Shown here: positions 27,242-39,400 of the stretch, in pieces
Layout of the letters: every line of letters starts with the position of its first letter
How positions within the stretch are numbered: the first letter of the stretch is position 1
From: Balanoglossus misakiensis
Taxonomy: Eukaryota > Animalia > Hemichordata
DNA length: 64,000 nucleotides
Direction: 5' to 3'
NCBI GenBank assembly: GCA_040954595.2
Contig: CM082594.2
Span: forward strand, 4,201,319-4,265,318
Made by a program: the position numbers and the translations under genes
Notes under the pieces: model-generated
The model's input: only the letters and a program-made list of their open reading frames with translations
Databases searched by the model: none
What the model was told of the DNA's origin: nothing

Positions 27242-27665
27242 TCGCTCAAAACTATAGTGGGGCGCCACCATCGGCCAGGTATTGGTTCGGTACGGCGAGT
27301 ATAACTACGTGCACTAGTATAGGCGCGATCTTAGCCATGGCCGATAGGTATCCAACTGCAGTAATCACAATAAAATTCTTGAAAAGAATCAAAGATTCGA
27401 TATCACTGCCGTGTTGATCACAAAAATTCAGGGAGCCCACAAGATTGAACGTCAAGAGTGCGAGTGATCACAAGAGAGTAGACAGCCCTCAACCATAGCA
27501 CACACCACCACTTTTGTTTGTTTTTAATTGGAAAGCATCATATCTTTATTCTATAAATAGAAAAAAAAAACTTAAATCAATCAAACTTGCAAAAAAGATA
27601 GGCGAACGAAAATATCATTTAAAACATAACAATGGACATACATTCAAGATATACAATTCTCTGTC

Positions 27666-28510
27666 TCAAAGTTCCTTCTCGGGGACAGTTTTATCCTCAT
27701 TTTCGCTCGCATCATTATTTTCTTCACCCTCTTCTTCATCATCGTACAGTTTGATGGTGTATGGCTTCTTGATGTTTATTCTTCCGCTCTTCTCGATCTT
27801 CACATCAACCATGGGCCTTCCCATGACGTCAGGGATCATGTCACCTATCCTGTAGACGATGTCCATTCCTTTCAAGACTTGACCGAAGGCAACCTTTTGG
27901 TTGTTGAGCCACGGAGTTTCCACAGTTGATATCATGAACTGGCAGCCATTTTTGTGTTCGCCTTGAATTTACAAAATAGAAATAAAACATTGAGTGTTAT
28001 ACATGTATGTGTATTGAGGAACATTGCGGGAGATGATGATGATGGTGGTGGTGGTGGTGGTGGTGGTGGTGGTGGTGGTGGTGGTGGTGATGATTGAAGA
28101 ATATGTGAACTTTATGTTTACATACCATGACTGGCCATGCTGACCATTCCAGGACTAACGTGTTTTATCTTGAAATTCTCATCGGCGAAGAATTTACCAT
28201 GGATGCTGTAAACCCCAGTACCATCGCCTTTTATAAAATCTCCACCTGAAAAAGAGGCGACATTAATCTATTTAGTCACAGAAAAATTAAAATATGAACA
28301 AAGACATTTCTACCGGTTTTGAGCTTTTTTTCAACGAAAATTATACCTATACTTTCCACAGAGCGATGTGTTAGAAACTCTTATTTCATGTGACCTATAT
28401 GTTTTGTTCAACCACAGCAACAGAAACTACAATTTTGTTTCACGCACATCTATCATAATGTGATGATACATGTATTACTATTTTGTTGTGTTGTGTTGTG
28501 TTAAACACGC

Positions 28511-28577
<67 letters not shown>

Positions 28578-29902
28578 CTCACCTATGATTCCAGTTCCTT
28601 TCATCACTCTATGGATCAAGCTGCCGCGGTAAGACCTCCCTTTACTTTTCGAGGCGGCCAATCTGGCGAAGTTCTCCACCGTCTTCGGCACAATTTCGCC
28701 GAAGAGACCGATGACGATTCGCCCCAACTCCTTCCCGTTCATCGACATGTCGAAGAACACCTTGTGGGTGACCGTGACCTCATTCAGTTCAGCTTCATCA
28801 CTCTGCAAAATAAACACAGGGCTGGTATAATCAGATAATGTTATCGTTCCTATTCGCTGTTTTCACTTTATGTCCTATAGGTAGACAGAACATACACTGC
28901 ACATATTGTCGTTTTTAACGGGGTAGGAAAACCCCTGTACATTTTAAAACACACCCAGTGAATGATTGTCATTTATTTTTCCAACCAAAGCACGGTTCCC
29001 TCGACAGTTTCATCTATCTATATATCTTTGTAAATCGATGAAAATCATTCCAATATGAAAACAACAAACTAACAAAATCAGAGTTCGACAGCATGGCTCT
29101 GTATGACTTTATATGTTTAAATTGCATTTAGCCATTTTCAAATAAAATATATCGTTCACTAAAACAATATTTTTTCTGTACACTGTAATGACTAGAATTT
29201 ATATGAATACAAATACATGGTAAGTAGTACAAATGCAGGTAATTAATTGGCCGCATTTACTAATTTTGCATGGTTTGTGCTTTTTGATGGTATTGGCCAT
29301 ACGGTATATGCATATCGTGTTGTTTTTGCACGTATACCATTCGGGTTGAAAAGTTCACCATGCTTATTCCACAAAAAGAGAAAATTTATAGAATATCGGT
29401 AAATAGTAATAACCAGTCTTGTTGTACATCGGGCCCTGGCTGATGTTTAACGACAAGAAACGCTTTGACGAAATGGTCGCACAACAGCATAGGCATGGAA
29501 ACGTTATTGTTGATGCTTTTCAAACTCCAAAATTAGTTTATGTTTTTCTTGGAAACTTGAAGGCGTGCATAAAATCGGGACAAATCTCAAATATGAGCAA
29601 ATTGTCTACGCTTTGGGGACACTGTCTGTACTATCCACTCTGTCTCATCAAATTACGCTCTCTCTCTCTCCTCTCTGTTCCAGAAACACATATTCATTTA
29701 ACACGCTGAAACGGAGAAACAATTTCACAGTACAAGATTATATGTGTAGCAACCACAAGTTGAGCGCCATGACAACAGTTACTCTCACATGATGTTTAAA
29801 AACTACTGTCCAACTTACCGCTAAACTGGGACTGAAGTGTAGAAATACAGAAACCAAGGCAACAGTTACAACTAGCTTCAGCTTCCACATTCTTGCTGAC
29901 AT
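27666..29902 (-). CDS. Secretory-pathway cyclophilin (PPIB/PPIC-like) with a divergent active site; 4 exons
   Basis: Exons 29819-29902 (signal peptide [28 protein letters not shown]), 28583-28802 (VTHKVFFDM...[19 protein letters not shown]...[10 protein letters not shown]), 28126-28245 ([40 protein letters not shown]), 27666-27961 ([34 protein letters not shown], acidic tail, ...EKEL*). Confidence 0.9.
28033..28093. repeat. (GAT)(GGT)n microsatellite in cyclophilin intron 3
   Basis: Direct reading. Confidence 0.95.
28510..28576. repeat. (CAA)n microsatellite immediately after the cyclophilin exon 2 donor
   Basis: Direct reading. Confidence 0.95.
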
Positions 29903-31750
29903 GTTGACGGAACTGCCGTTTTGAAATACTCGGAAACATATTATCCGGTTTATTGTTTTATATATGCGGCCGATCACCCAGCAATATTGCGCAAACCAAT
30001 GGTAATTCAGAACGTGGCGTACCAGTAATATAAGGATTTATACTTAATGGAGTTATTTGTGTCCCGTTTGAACTTGAGTCTGGTGTGGGTCATTAATATG
30101 GACCGAATTGCACAAGTGATAATACACCACACACATTAGGTCGACTGCCTGACCATTCAAATGCTTATATGGGACAGAAATCCATTGAAAATGAAATACA
30201 TGTATTTGAAAGTCTCAGCACATATGCAACACTACAGGTAATGTCGATCACATATACCAACTTGGTAGAACATGCTGATTGTTTATCAGCAGACATTTTC
30301 TAACATTGCATAATATCACAGTACACACGAGTTTTTTTCCCACGCTGCAAATGCGGGCATTATGCAATTTACACCTATTTTGCAATTCTCCCGCACCAAG
30401 TCTCGAAACTCCGAGATCGTAATAAAGTTATGGTGAGTCGGATGATATTTCTTATTTGACCTGATTTGACCGAGTTACGCGTTGCCACAGAAACGAGTAC
30501 TCAGCAGCCAATATTTTACCCTACACAGGACATTTAGTTTGAACGGAGAAGCCATGATCTACATGTACTACTACATCCATGTTTTTTATAAACATGTGTG
30601 ACGTGTTCACATCCAGGCTGAAATGCGGGTACATACAATTTACATATTCATATGAATTTTACTACGTACGCGTGCTTTTTATGACAAGGAATTGTCCACA
30701 TGAAACCAGATGGGAATATTGTTATCAGGCAGTTATTCTAAGATGTAGGCCTAACTGCGTATCATGTGTATAGGCATGACTAGTAAATATTTCAACGACA
30801 CAATTTTGGCATTTACCATTAAATGTGGCCACATTATCAGGATATGATTGCAGATCTATCTATCTATCAATCTGTCTCTGTCTTTCTGTCAATCTATATG
30901 TCTGTCTGGTGATAGTACGCCCCGATGCCACTACATGTTCCTAAGACGTAAATGCGTTGCTTGATAAACGAATAAAAACGACAGACGCAGTAACTTCGGA
31001 CAAAACTTAAAAAAATGTAACGGATTATGTAAAAAGGGGACGACTACAAAGACACTCATATGCCATTTTATAAGCGATAAACAAGAAGCAGACAGACGCA
31101 TAATAACGTAAACATTTCGAAAACAATTTTCACATGTCCGCTGAATTCGAAATGCAGATAAGAAATTTGGGCGCCAAAACTTTGATTTACGTAGTAGTCA
31201 ACCAAGTTATCTTACCGTTTATCAAATCTCATAACCTTGCCAAAGAATTGTCAATAAAAGAAGTATTGTATGTAAATTTCAACACATGACTCTAAACTAT
31301 TATCAAATCCGACAACGTCGCTGATAAATCGTCAGTATTAGAAGTATTGTATGCAAATTTCCGCGTATGACGGCGCTCCAAAAACATTTCCTTCGACGAT
31401 AAACATTAGTCAGTGTCTGCTAGTGATCAAAACGGTAAGCAGAGAACATCGTGTGCGTCACTTCAACGTTTCTGTGCAGATTCCATATTACCATCATAAA
31501 AGGTGAGAAAACGATTGAATTATCTGGATTGAGAGACGCAGTTCCGCAAACATCACTGAAAAGTTGCGATTTTCGTTGTTTGCAAGTAGAACCTATAATA
31601 TGTATAGCGTCATAGTATTTAAAAATGTACTAACTTGGCAAATATTAATTCTGTAATGATCTGAGTTGTTTATCTCATGGACAATAATTTCCCCCAAATT
31701 TTGAACTCTTTTATTCATTTCATTGTCTGCCAGGTGTATCTTAATAAGAT

Positions 31751-34700
31751 ATGAAGATTCTATTGTTGTTGTGTCTCGTTGCTGTGGCGACAGCGTCCCC
31801 GTACTCAAGTTCAGAGTCGAGAGAGCGGGGAATCTATGGCGCCAAAGACCAAGACAAGTATATCAGTGATTCCTCCAGCTCTGAAGAGGTACGTGCCGTT
31901 CTCTGGAAGGGGGAGAGGGACAGACAGGCAGACAGATCGACAGCAAAAGACTGACAGAGACCCAGGAAGACAGAGTGACAGAGACAGTCAGGCGTACACC
32001 CAGATAAACAATATGATTTTAAATTCAAAACATATACTTTATGGGGGCGGCGTGATTGGAGTAGACAAGTCAGACCATACGAGTGGGTGACCAGTCGGTC
32101 TTGGGTCTTACAATATTTACAATCTTGTTATCACACATGGATCTGCTATGAAGGTTACTGGGGCTGGACGTCGACGCAGTTCAATCAATATCACACCTTA
32201 TCAAGCAACGCCTTTATCTTTCCCACAGCATCATCACGACAATTAAACTCACAGAAAAATATCACCAAACAACATTTCGTTGAACAACTTCCGTCTGCAT
32301 ATTAAAATAATTATTCAGGAATGAAACACGCTCACCATGGTACCCCCATGTACGCAGTTTTAAATTTTGTTTGTATCATGGAAAAAAAGACGTACTCTGT
32401 ACTTTGTCTATTTTTTTCATTCATCTGATCCAGGATATTGACGTCGAAGGCATTTTGGAAGGTCAGTTTCTACTGCTTCTAATAAGTCATAATGTACAAC
32501 GCGAATGCTAATAACTATCAAGTACATAGTATTCTTTGCATCATAGTTTTGAGAAGCCCAATATTATTATTGTGACTTTTTATATTTACGGAAGATAAAT
32601 GATTGAAACAACAACTGCATAAAATTACGTTGTCTTCCAACTGATTAGACAACAACTTAAACAACAGTAACAACACAAAACATGTCAAAACCAGATTACC
32701 TTTAGTTTACTTGTTCTTCATTTCTCTTCGTTACATCTAGTATTCCGTCCGTAGCTCTAACAATACAAAAAGCAAGCAAAATGAATGACTTTGAAATACA
32801 ATTTGTGTTTTTATTTTATGAACAGCGTGGAATGACAAGGAACCTGTCAATTTGAACATAAAAATGGACTACAATAGCGAAAAACATTTGATCGACGTCA
32901 AATTCGGAGAAACGTCTTTGGGAGAGGTATGCATGTGGACTGTAAACGAAGAGAGGGGGAGAGAGAAAGAGGGGGGGGGCGGTGATACAGACAGAGGGAG
33001 GGAAACTGACGGACAAACAGATCTGAAAAGATCATATGAAGTTAGACTAACCAGTGTGTTCTTTCGTAATTCGGGAACACTGTGCTACGTCTGGTCTAGT
33101 ACTACACACGAATTATGATTCTGTAAAAAGAAAATTTACACATAGTGAAATTCGTAGAATTCATCTCAACCCAGCTTGGAGATGTAGGCGTTGCTAATAC
33201 ATGTGGGGCTTTTACACAAAATGCTCATGTACACTACAATTTATCATTTAATTTTTGTGAATTGGTAGCAAATAACCGTATTTGACATTTTATTTCTAAT
33301 CCAGGATATAGACGGCAGAGAAGTCGTTTTAGAAGGTAAATTGCATTAAGTTTAGTGTTATAAATATAATAATTTTATAGGTTGCTATACCACCATACAT
33401 CGCTCTATTCAGTCTTGATCATATCAAACGTCCATCGCAAACTTATAAACTGTGCTAAGTTCAAACACAGGCCTACTCACCATCCCTGGGAACAGAATAT
33501 ACGTTCTTCACAGCTGAGATGCCATTGCAATGATGGGTGTAGAGTGGACGACATCCCCACGCTTAAATTATCTGTATTAACAGAAAACACACAAAATGTC
33601 ATGGTAAATTTGATCGTTCACTGATCATTGACGTTGTTTGTGATTCACTTGGATCCGTGTAATTACAGATGATGTGGAACCGAAGTGTTCTCTAGACGGT
33701 GTATGGTACAACGACGTCGGATCTGAGTTGATTCTGCGCCAGACACCCGATGGCCACATTGAGGGCGAATATCGAACGGCTGTCGAAACTAAACCCGGCT
33801 ACGCAGGTAGGATAATCGAAACATAGATATCAGATTGTCGCGTCGACAAAACAAGTACCAGACCTTTTCTCAAATGGAAATACATGTTTGAGTTTACACA
33901 GCTAAAATCTGATAAAAAAAGTTGTTCACACTGAAATAAACACACAAAACTCGAATTGTAACAGAGCTCTCAAAACTTGATGAATTCATGTAAAATAGTA
34001 CGTCACTTACAAGTATGACAAATATCAATTAAATGCATCACCTCCAGAAAATTCTGAGACTGGTCATTTTCACGACTTTCGCAGGCGCGTTGTGGTGACA
34101 TTTTAAACAAAACTATGGAATGCAAAAATCTGCGCAACACATACGAATATTGAGACAACTTTTTCGATCCTGGGACAACTTTCACTGTCTGGTTATCTAT
34201 CACACACACAGGCAAAAGCTTCAGCGTGGTTCGAGGCACTGCGTCGAGCACAGCGACCGCCAAAACTTTCGGTTTCTCCGTCGTGTGGAACAAGGGAGAC
34301 TCGGTGACCAGCTGGACCGGTCAGTGTGTCGTCTGCGACGGCAAGGAGACGCTGCTGGCCACCTGGATTTTGACGGGCGCCATTGACAAATGTGAAGACA
34401 ACTGGCAGGCAAACAGGTTTGTGTGTCGATTGGCCTAGTACCTGAATGCAAAGTTGAATCTCGCGTAGATTTAGTGTTGTGACGGCACGAAAGAATTACT
34501 TCAGGCAGAATGAAATTTCTCATATACAGTAAAATCTGTTTAATCAGACACTGAAGGAATTGTTCGGTTTGCAGGAGTGTCCGGTAAATAGAGGTTCTAC
34601 GTGAAAGGCACTGGAAAATGTGTTCGGTATAGACAAGTTTCCAGATTAGACAGATTTTACTGTAATACGTTTCGACTCTGTGAAGACCTTTTTGAGGATT

Positions 34701-34928
34701 TACTGAAAAACAAAAGATTCACTGCGAGAGAGCGAGAGATGGCGTGCGGGAGATGTACATGTGCTAATTCACACTACTGCCGTCAGAATTTTCTGATAGT
34801 CGTCTCTTCATCTTTTTTTATGCACGAACAGAATTGGTCAGAACAAATTCACAAGAGAAGAACAAAATGCAGGACCCAGAAAGCACGAAAACACCCACAT
34901 CCCAAGTGACGTCGCCGGCAAATATTAA
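31751..34928 (+). CDS. Secreted avidin-family protein (fibropellin-type avidin domain) with an acidic N-terminal extension; 7 coding exons, 245 aa
   Basis: Exons 31751-31888, 32434-32461, 32826-32926, 33305-33335, 33669-33806, 34212-34416 and 34832-34928 are all GT-AG and phase compatible (738 nt). The product has a signal peptide, then KCSLDGVWYNDVGS...GEYRTAV...TFGFSVVW...SVTSWTGQC...ETLLATWIL...NWQANRIGQNKFTR, which aligns with chicken avidin. Confidence 0.88.
34526..34665. mobile_element. Tigger-like MITE (related subfamily) in the last avidin intron
   Basis: TA|CAGTAAAATCTGT...ACAGATTTTACTG|TA; a similar degenerate copy lies at about 22370-22546. Confidence 0.7.
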
Positions 34929-35341
34929 CAGAGAAACGGCGGTCTAGACACTTGTACAGACAGAATTGAGATACATGTACTATGACTTGATCACATCAGT
35001 AAACACGGCTAGTGTCTGCGGTTGCATTAATATCACACAATCAATGGATTAGATTCGCATTCAAATGTTTAAAAAGAGATATATTGTGATATCTCTCACA
35101 TTTTGAAGATGTCCAATATCTGGCATGTTCGTGTTTTTGTTTATAAATAATTTGTAAATAACAATTGAAATAAATGAGAAAGTTTTCTTACAAGTATTAC
35201 TTTTGTTTTGGTGTGGCTAATTTAATATTGGATCATTTAAAAATCATTTTAAAAGTCAATGATTTCTGAAATATGGGTGAAAGTTTATTGTGCGAATTGT
35301 GCAATTTCATTTATAGAATTGTATGAAAATCTATCTAGCTA

Positions 35342-35537
35342 TTAAAGGTATACGGTCACCTATGAAAATTTAGCTACAGTTACCATGTCAAACTGATCAG
35401 ATCTAGCCAATCACAGATTTTCAGTGGGTGGCACACGCGAAAAAAAGAGCGCCACCATACGTTCTTTAGAACACTCAAATAAGCCATTTCAGCCATATAT
35501 GGGCGTATGTAAATTAGGGGTGACCGTGTACCTTTAA
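35342..35537. mobile_element. TTAA-flanked MITE with AGG...CCT ends (Kolobok-like)
   Basis: TTAA|AGGTATACGGTCACC...GGTGACCGTGTACCT|TTAA. Partial copies at 1-116, ~10395-10560 and ~37470-37620 share TCTAGCCAATCACAG...TGGG. The superfamily assignment is inferred from the termini. Confidence 0.75.
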
Positions 35538-35700
35538 ACCACAATCCCCCTATTTATATTCCACTATAACATTGTTTGAGGATTGTTATCACACTGAAAA
35601 TTTCTCAAGTAGAATGGCTCTAAGTTAAGGTATCGGTGTTCTCGGCAAATTTAAGCATACACACTATACCGTATAATACCCAATAATTACTAAAAACATA

Positions 35701-35866
35701 TACAGTCAACCCTCTCTATAGTGGCCAGTCAAGGGACTTTACTAAACTGGCCTTTATAGACAGGTGGCCTTTATCGACTGGTCAATTAATGTGCATGTAA
35801 ATTGCACAGGTACTGTAACAAAGTGGTCACTGTATAGAGGTGGCCACTAACACAGGTTTGACTGTA
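35701..35866. mobile_element. MITE family B copy
   Basis: TA|CAGTCAACCCT...CACAGGTTTGACTG|TA. Confidence 0.85.
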
Positions 35867-36246
35867 CTCAGTGATTAAAATGTTTGACGTAAAGTTACAC
35901 AATAAAATAACAAGAAATGTGCGTTTTTTAAGTTGACAATATAAAATTTAAGTAGATATTGAAAAAAAAATTAAAATCAAGTGACTATATAAAATCTCTC
36001 AACCAACTGTTCATGACAACACTGTACAGTCCTGTAGGTAGAAGTCGCTTATAAAACTTTGCAAATCATTGATTTATATGATTTTGTTACAATCTAGTTT
36101 ATGTGAGAAAATATACACCCAAGTTGACTATGCCAAATATACAGACATTGTGGAATATGTACAAAACGCATACATTATTAATATGCTAAGAAATGACATT
36201 ATCATAAAAAAGAACCAGATTTTCACATTGCATCTGGTAACTGGCA

Positions 36247-36456
36247 TACTGTAATACACTTTATTTTCGTGAGTTGAAATTTTCGCGATATCGAGAGGTC
36301 ACTGTTTCGCAAGTATTAACTTTCGCGTTCTCTTTTTCCATTCACTGCATCGTAATCTTAAAAAAAATGTACGCGACTTTTTATTTTCACGCTATTTTGG
36401 CTCTCGCGTATTTTGCAACAAATTTATTGCTCGCGAAAATGAAGTGTTTTGCAGTT
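36247..36456. mobile_element. MITE family A copy, abutting the SIAE stop codon
   Basis: TACTGTAATACACTTTATTTTCG...CGCGAAAATGAAGTGTTTTGCAG; the interior is shared with 305-468. Confidence 0.8.
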
Positions 36457-36458
36457 TT

Positions 36459-39400
36459 TCAGTCATACTGATACTTCCATCGGATTTGCGTTTTCTCGCG
36501 GAACGAAATGAAGGGTGGAGCCGGGAGGTCTTTCTCGACGCTGTAGATGGAACAATTCTTGTAGGTGCAAGGGGTCTCTCTCCACTCGTAGCGTAGAGCT
36601 TGCATCAATTGACCGGCGCATTTCTTGGTGGAGATGTCAATGCCGCTGTTACCGACTGCTTTGACGACCGGTGCCGCGTTCCAGTCGGCTGACTCCGACG
36701 TACAGTTGTTACTCTTGGAGCAACAGACCTGATGAAAAAAAAAATTTTGTTGCAAGTTTATCTAGAGGTACATCAAATTTGGAGCAGCTTCATGTGAGAT
36801 TTGGTAAATCTAGATTTTGGGAAGTCATCTGATAACTTTTTTTAGTAGTTTAACCCAACTTGTCATAACAAACACATGCAGAACTTGGAAATTTTGCCAA
36901 ATATTACACATACTAAAAGCAACTTTACACTAGTTTACTAAATATCAGTTTTTAAAGTACCATATTTTATAAGTCTTCTAAATTAAGGTTTTCAAACAGT
37001 CTGGTACAAATCACCATACATAGAAATGGTGATGGTAGGAAGGAAAGTGAGAGTGCCACCAACTTGTGAAAGTTGGTGATGTCACAGTCACACTGCAACC
37101 ATGTTCATGATGATGTCATACAGCCATCATGATGATGTCATACTGAGATCTGCGGCCATCTTGATGACGTCACCCTTACCTCAAACCCGTTGTCATTTTG
37201 GATTCGGATGTCAGTCAGTTTGTCGTCGTACGTGATTGAAATGATGTCCTGTTGCTGGACTGTGATATCCGTTGGAAACGGCCCGGCGTATTTCACGTAA
37301 TCTTCTTTGTATACGACGGCCCTCGCTGCCAGAGATAGACGATATCCTACGTCCTGCTTGTACCTAGGATGGATTCTGTTGGAATGTCAATAACAGTCAC
37401 TGAAATCACTGATAATTAGACGGTCATGACTATATCTACAATAAGTATAGAGTTACAGCAATACAATAACCTCTGATTTACATACACCCATATATGGTAA
37501 AAAGGACATGACTGATGGTGGCTCTTTTTTCCCCGTGGCCACCTACTGAAAATCTGTGATTGGCTAGATCATCACTGTCCATTGTAACTGTGGCTAAATT
37601 TCCATAAGTAACTAAACCCTAACCTATTCTCAGGCTCCATATCTAATTACTTTAGCTTTGTATATTGTTCTCATTCAGATTTTTTTCATCTATATGAAGT
37701 CAGATAAACATTTTGAAGCTAGTTTTAGGGAAGAAAATTTTGTTGAAATAAACTTACGATCCATAAGGTGACAGTGGATCTGGTAAATCCATGGCAACTG
37801 CCATGAAGACATTCTGTAATCTCTCATTGGGAACATAACCAAAATCAGCAGTCTGGTGCCAACGTACGACAGGAAAGCCTTCTATGACAGATGGGTCTGG
37901 ATCATTGCCTGCTAACTGAAAAAAAAAATATCAACAGTATCAGTGATGACCAACTTCTTTTCCAGGATGAAATTAAAGCTATGTGGAGGATGGTTTGTAG
38001 AGCTTGCGAAGTGAGTTAAGGAAATGTGCTTTTTCATATGCTTCCCCTAAACAGTGGAACACACTACCACTGTCACACTATTGACAACAGAGAATCCACC
38101 AATCTGATTAAAATCAGATGTAGAGTTGGGCGCCGTCTTTACCATTGTTGGCTGTTCTGTTCCTTCAGTCTTGGCTGTTCTCTCGGGTGTACGCGCCTCT
38201 CATATGGATGTGACGTCCATCCAACGAGAGAACAGCCAAGAATCAGCAAAGGTAAAGATCGAGCCAAGCCTATGTCCGATTTTAATCAGACTGAGAATCT
38301 ACAAACCCAGAAACTTTCAAAAGAAAACTAAAAACCCATTATGTTTACCAGAGCATAGAGTGTAGTTTAGCCATTCAGCATATCATACAACAAAAAAATA
38401 ATTGCTTTGGATTTTGCGACTGTATAAACTTTGCTAATTGATTGATTGATACTTGCAAATTTACCTGTACAAATCCAAATGGAAACAGTTTTTCCGTCCT
38501 TCCGTTTGACGCTTTGTGGAATTTCAGTCTCCAATCATCAATCATGGCAGGGAATGAACAGTTATACAAATTTCTTTTTCTTTCCGCTGTGTTAGCCTCT
38601 CCTAGAAACAAGTAACAGAAAAAAACAGCACTCAAGTCAAAATTCCAGAATCTATGTAATTCATTCAAGAAGCAAATACACAGAAAGTACTGTAAAACGG
38701 GTTATTTTCACGAGCAATAAATTTTCAAGAAATACGTGAGTAAAAAAAATGTGAAAATAAAAAATCATGTAATTTTATTTCCAGAGATACCGATACAGGG
38801 AAATACGAGAACGCGAAAATTAATCCTCGTGCAACAGTTGCCTATTTTGATATCGCGAAAATTTTCTGTCACGAAAATACTTGTTTTACAGTATTGCTCT
38901 GGTTTGTCTACTAAATTCAATCGTATGGGAAAACATACCTTGATACCAGACGGCTCCTTTAATCGTCAAATTCAGGAATGGATGTATCATCGCGTTCCAC
39001 AGTACTGAACTTTCATAGGGGCCATCGACTTTCTTCTGGTTGATCCCATAGTCTGTTTTAAATACTTCATTTCTGCAAAGTACATATTATTAATCTTTTA
39101 TCTTTATGAGGGATTTCATACAATAAAAACATGGGGGAGGAGTTGGGAGTGAGACACTAGGTGGGGGGGGGGGGGCTGGAGGGATTACAGCAGGTAGGAT
39201 TAAGACAGGAGGGATTGAGATAGGAAACTGACAGACGGGATAATGTCATTCTTCAATCCAAACTATTATGAGGTTAATTGTTGGTTTGTATGGAACTTTC
39301 CTATGTATAGAGTAACGGCATACGTGTATACACAAACATAGACCCTTGTAGTCTAGTATCTAGCCGTATCTTGTCTGCTTTGCTTCCAAAACTAACAAAG

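Noticed and set aside
28440-28582. Poly-Cys or poly-Thr extension of the cyclophilin ORF
   Set aside because: Intronic (CAA)n repeat downstream of the GTGAGT donor at 28582.
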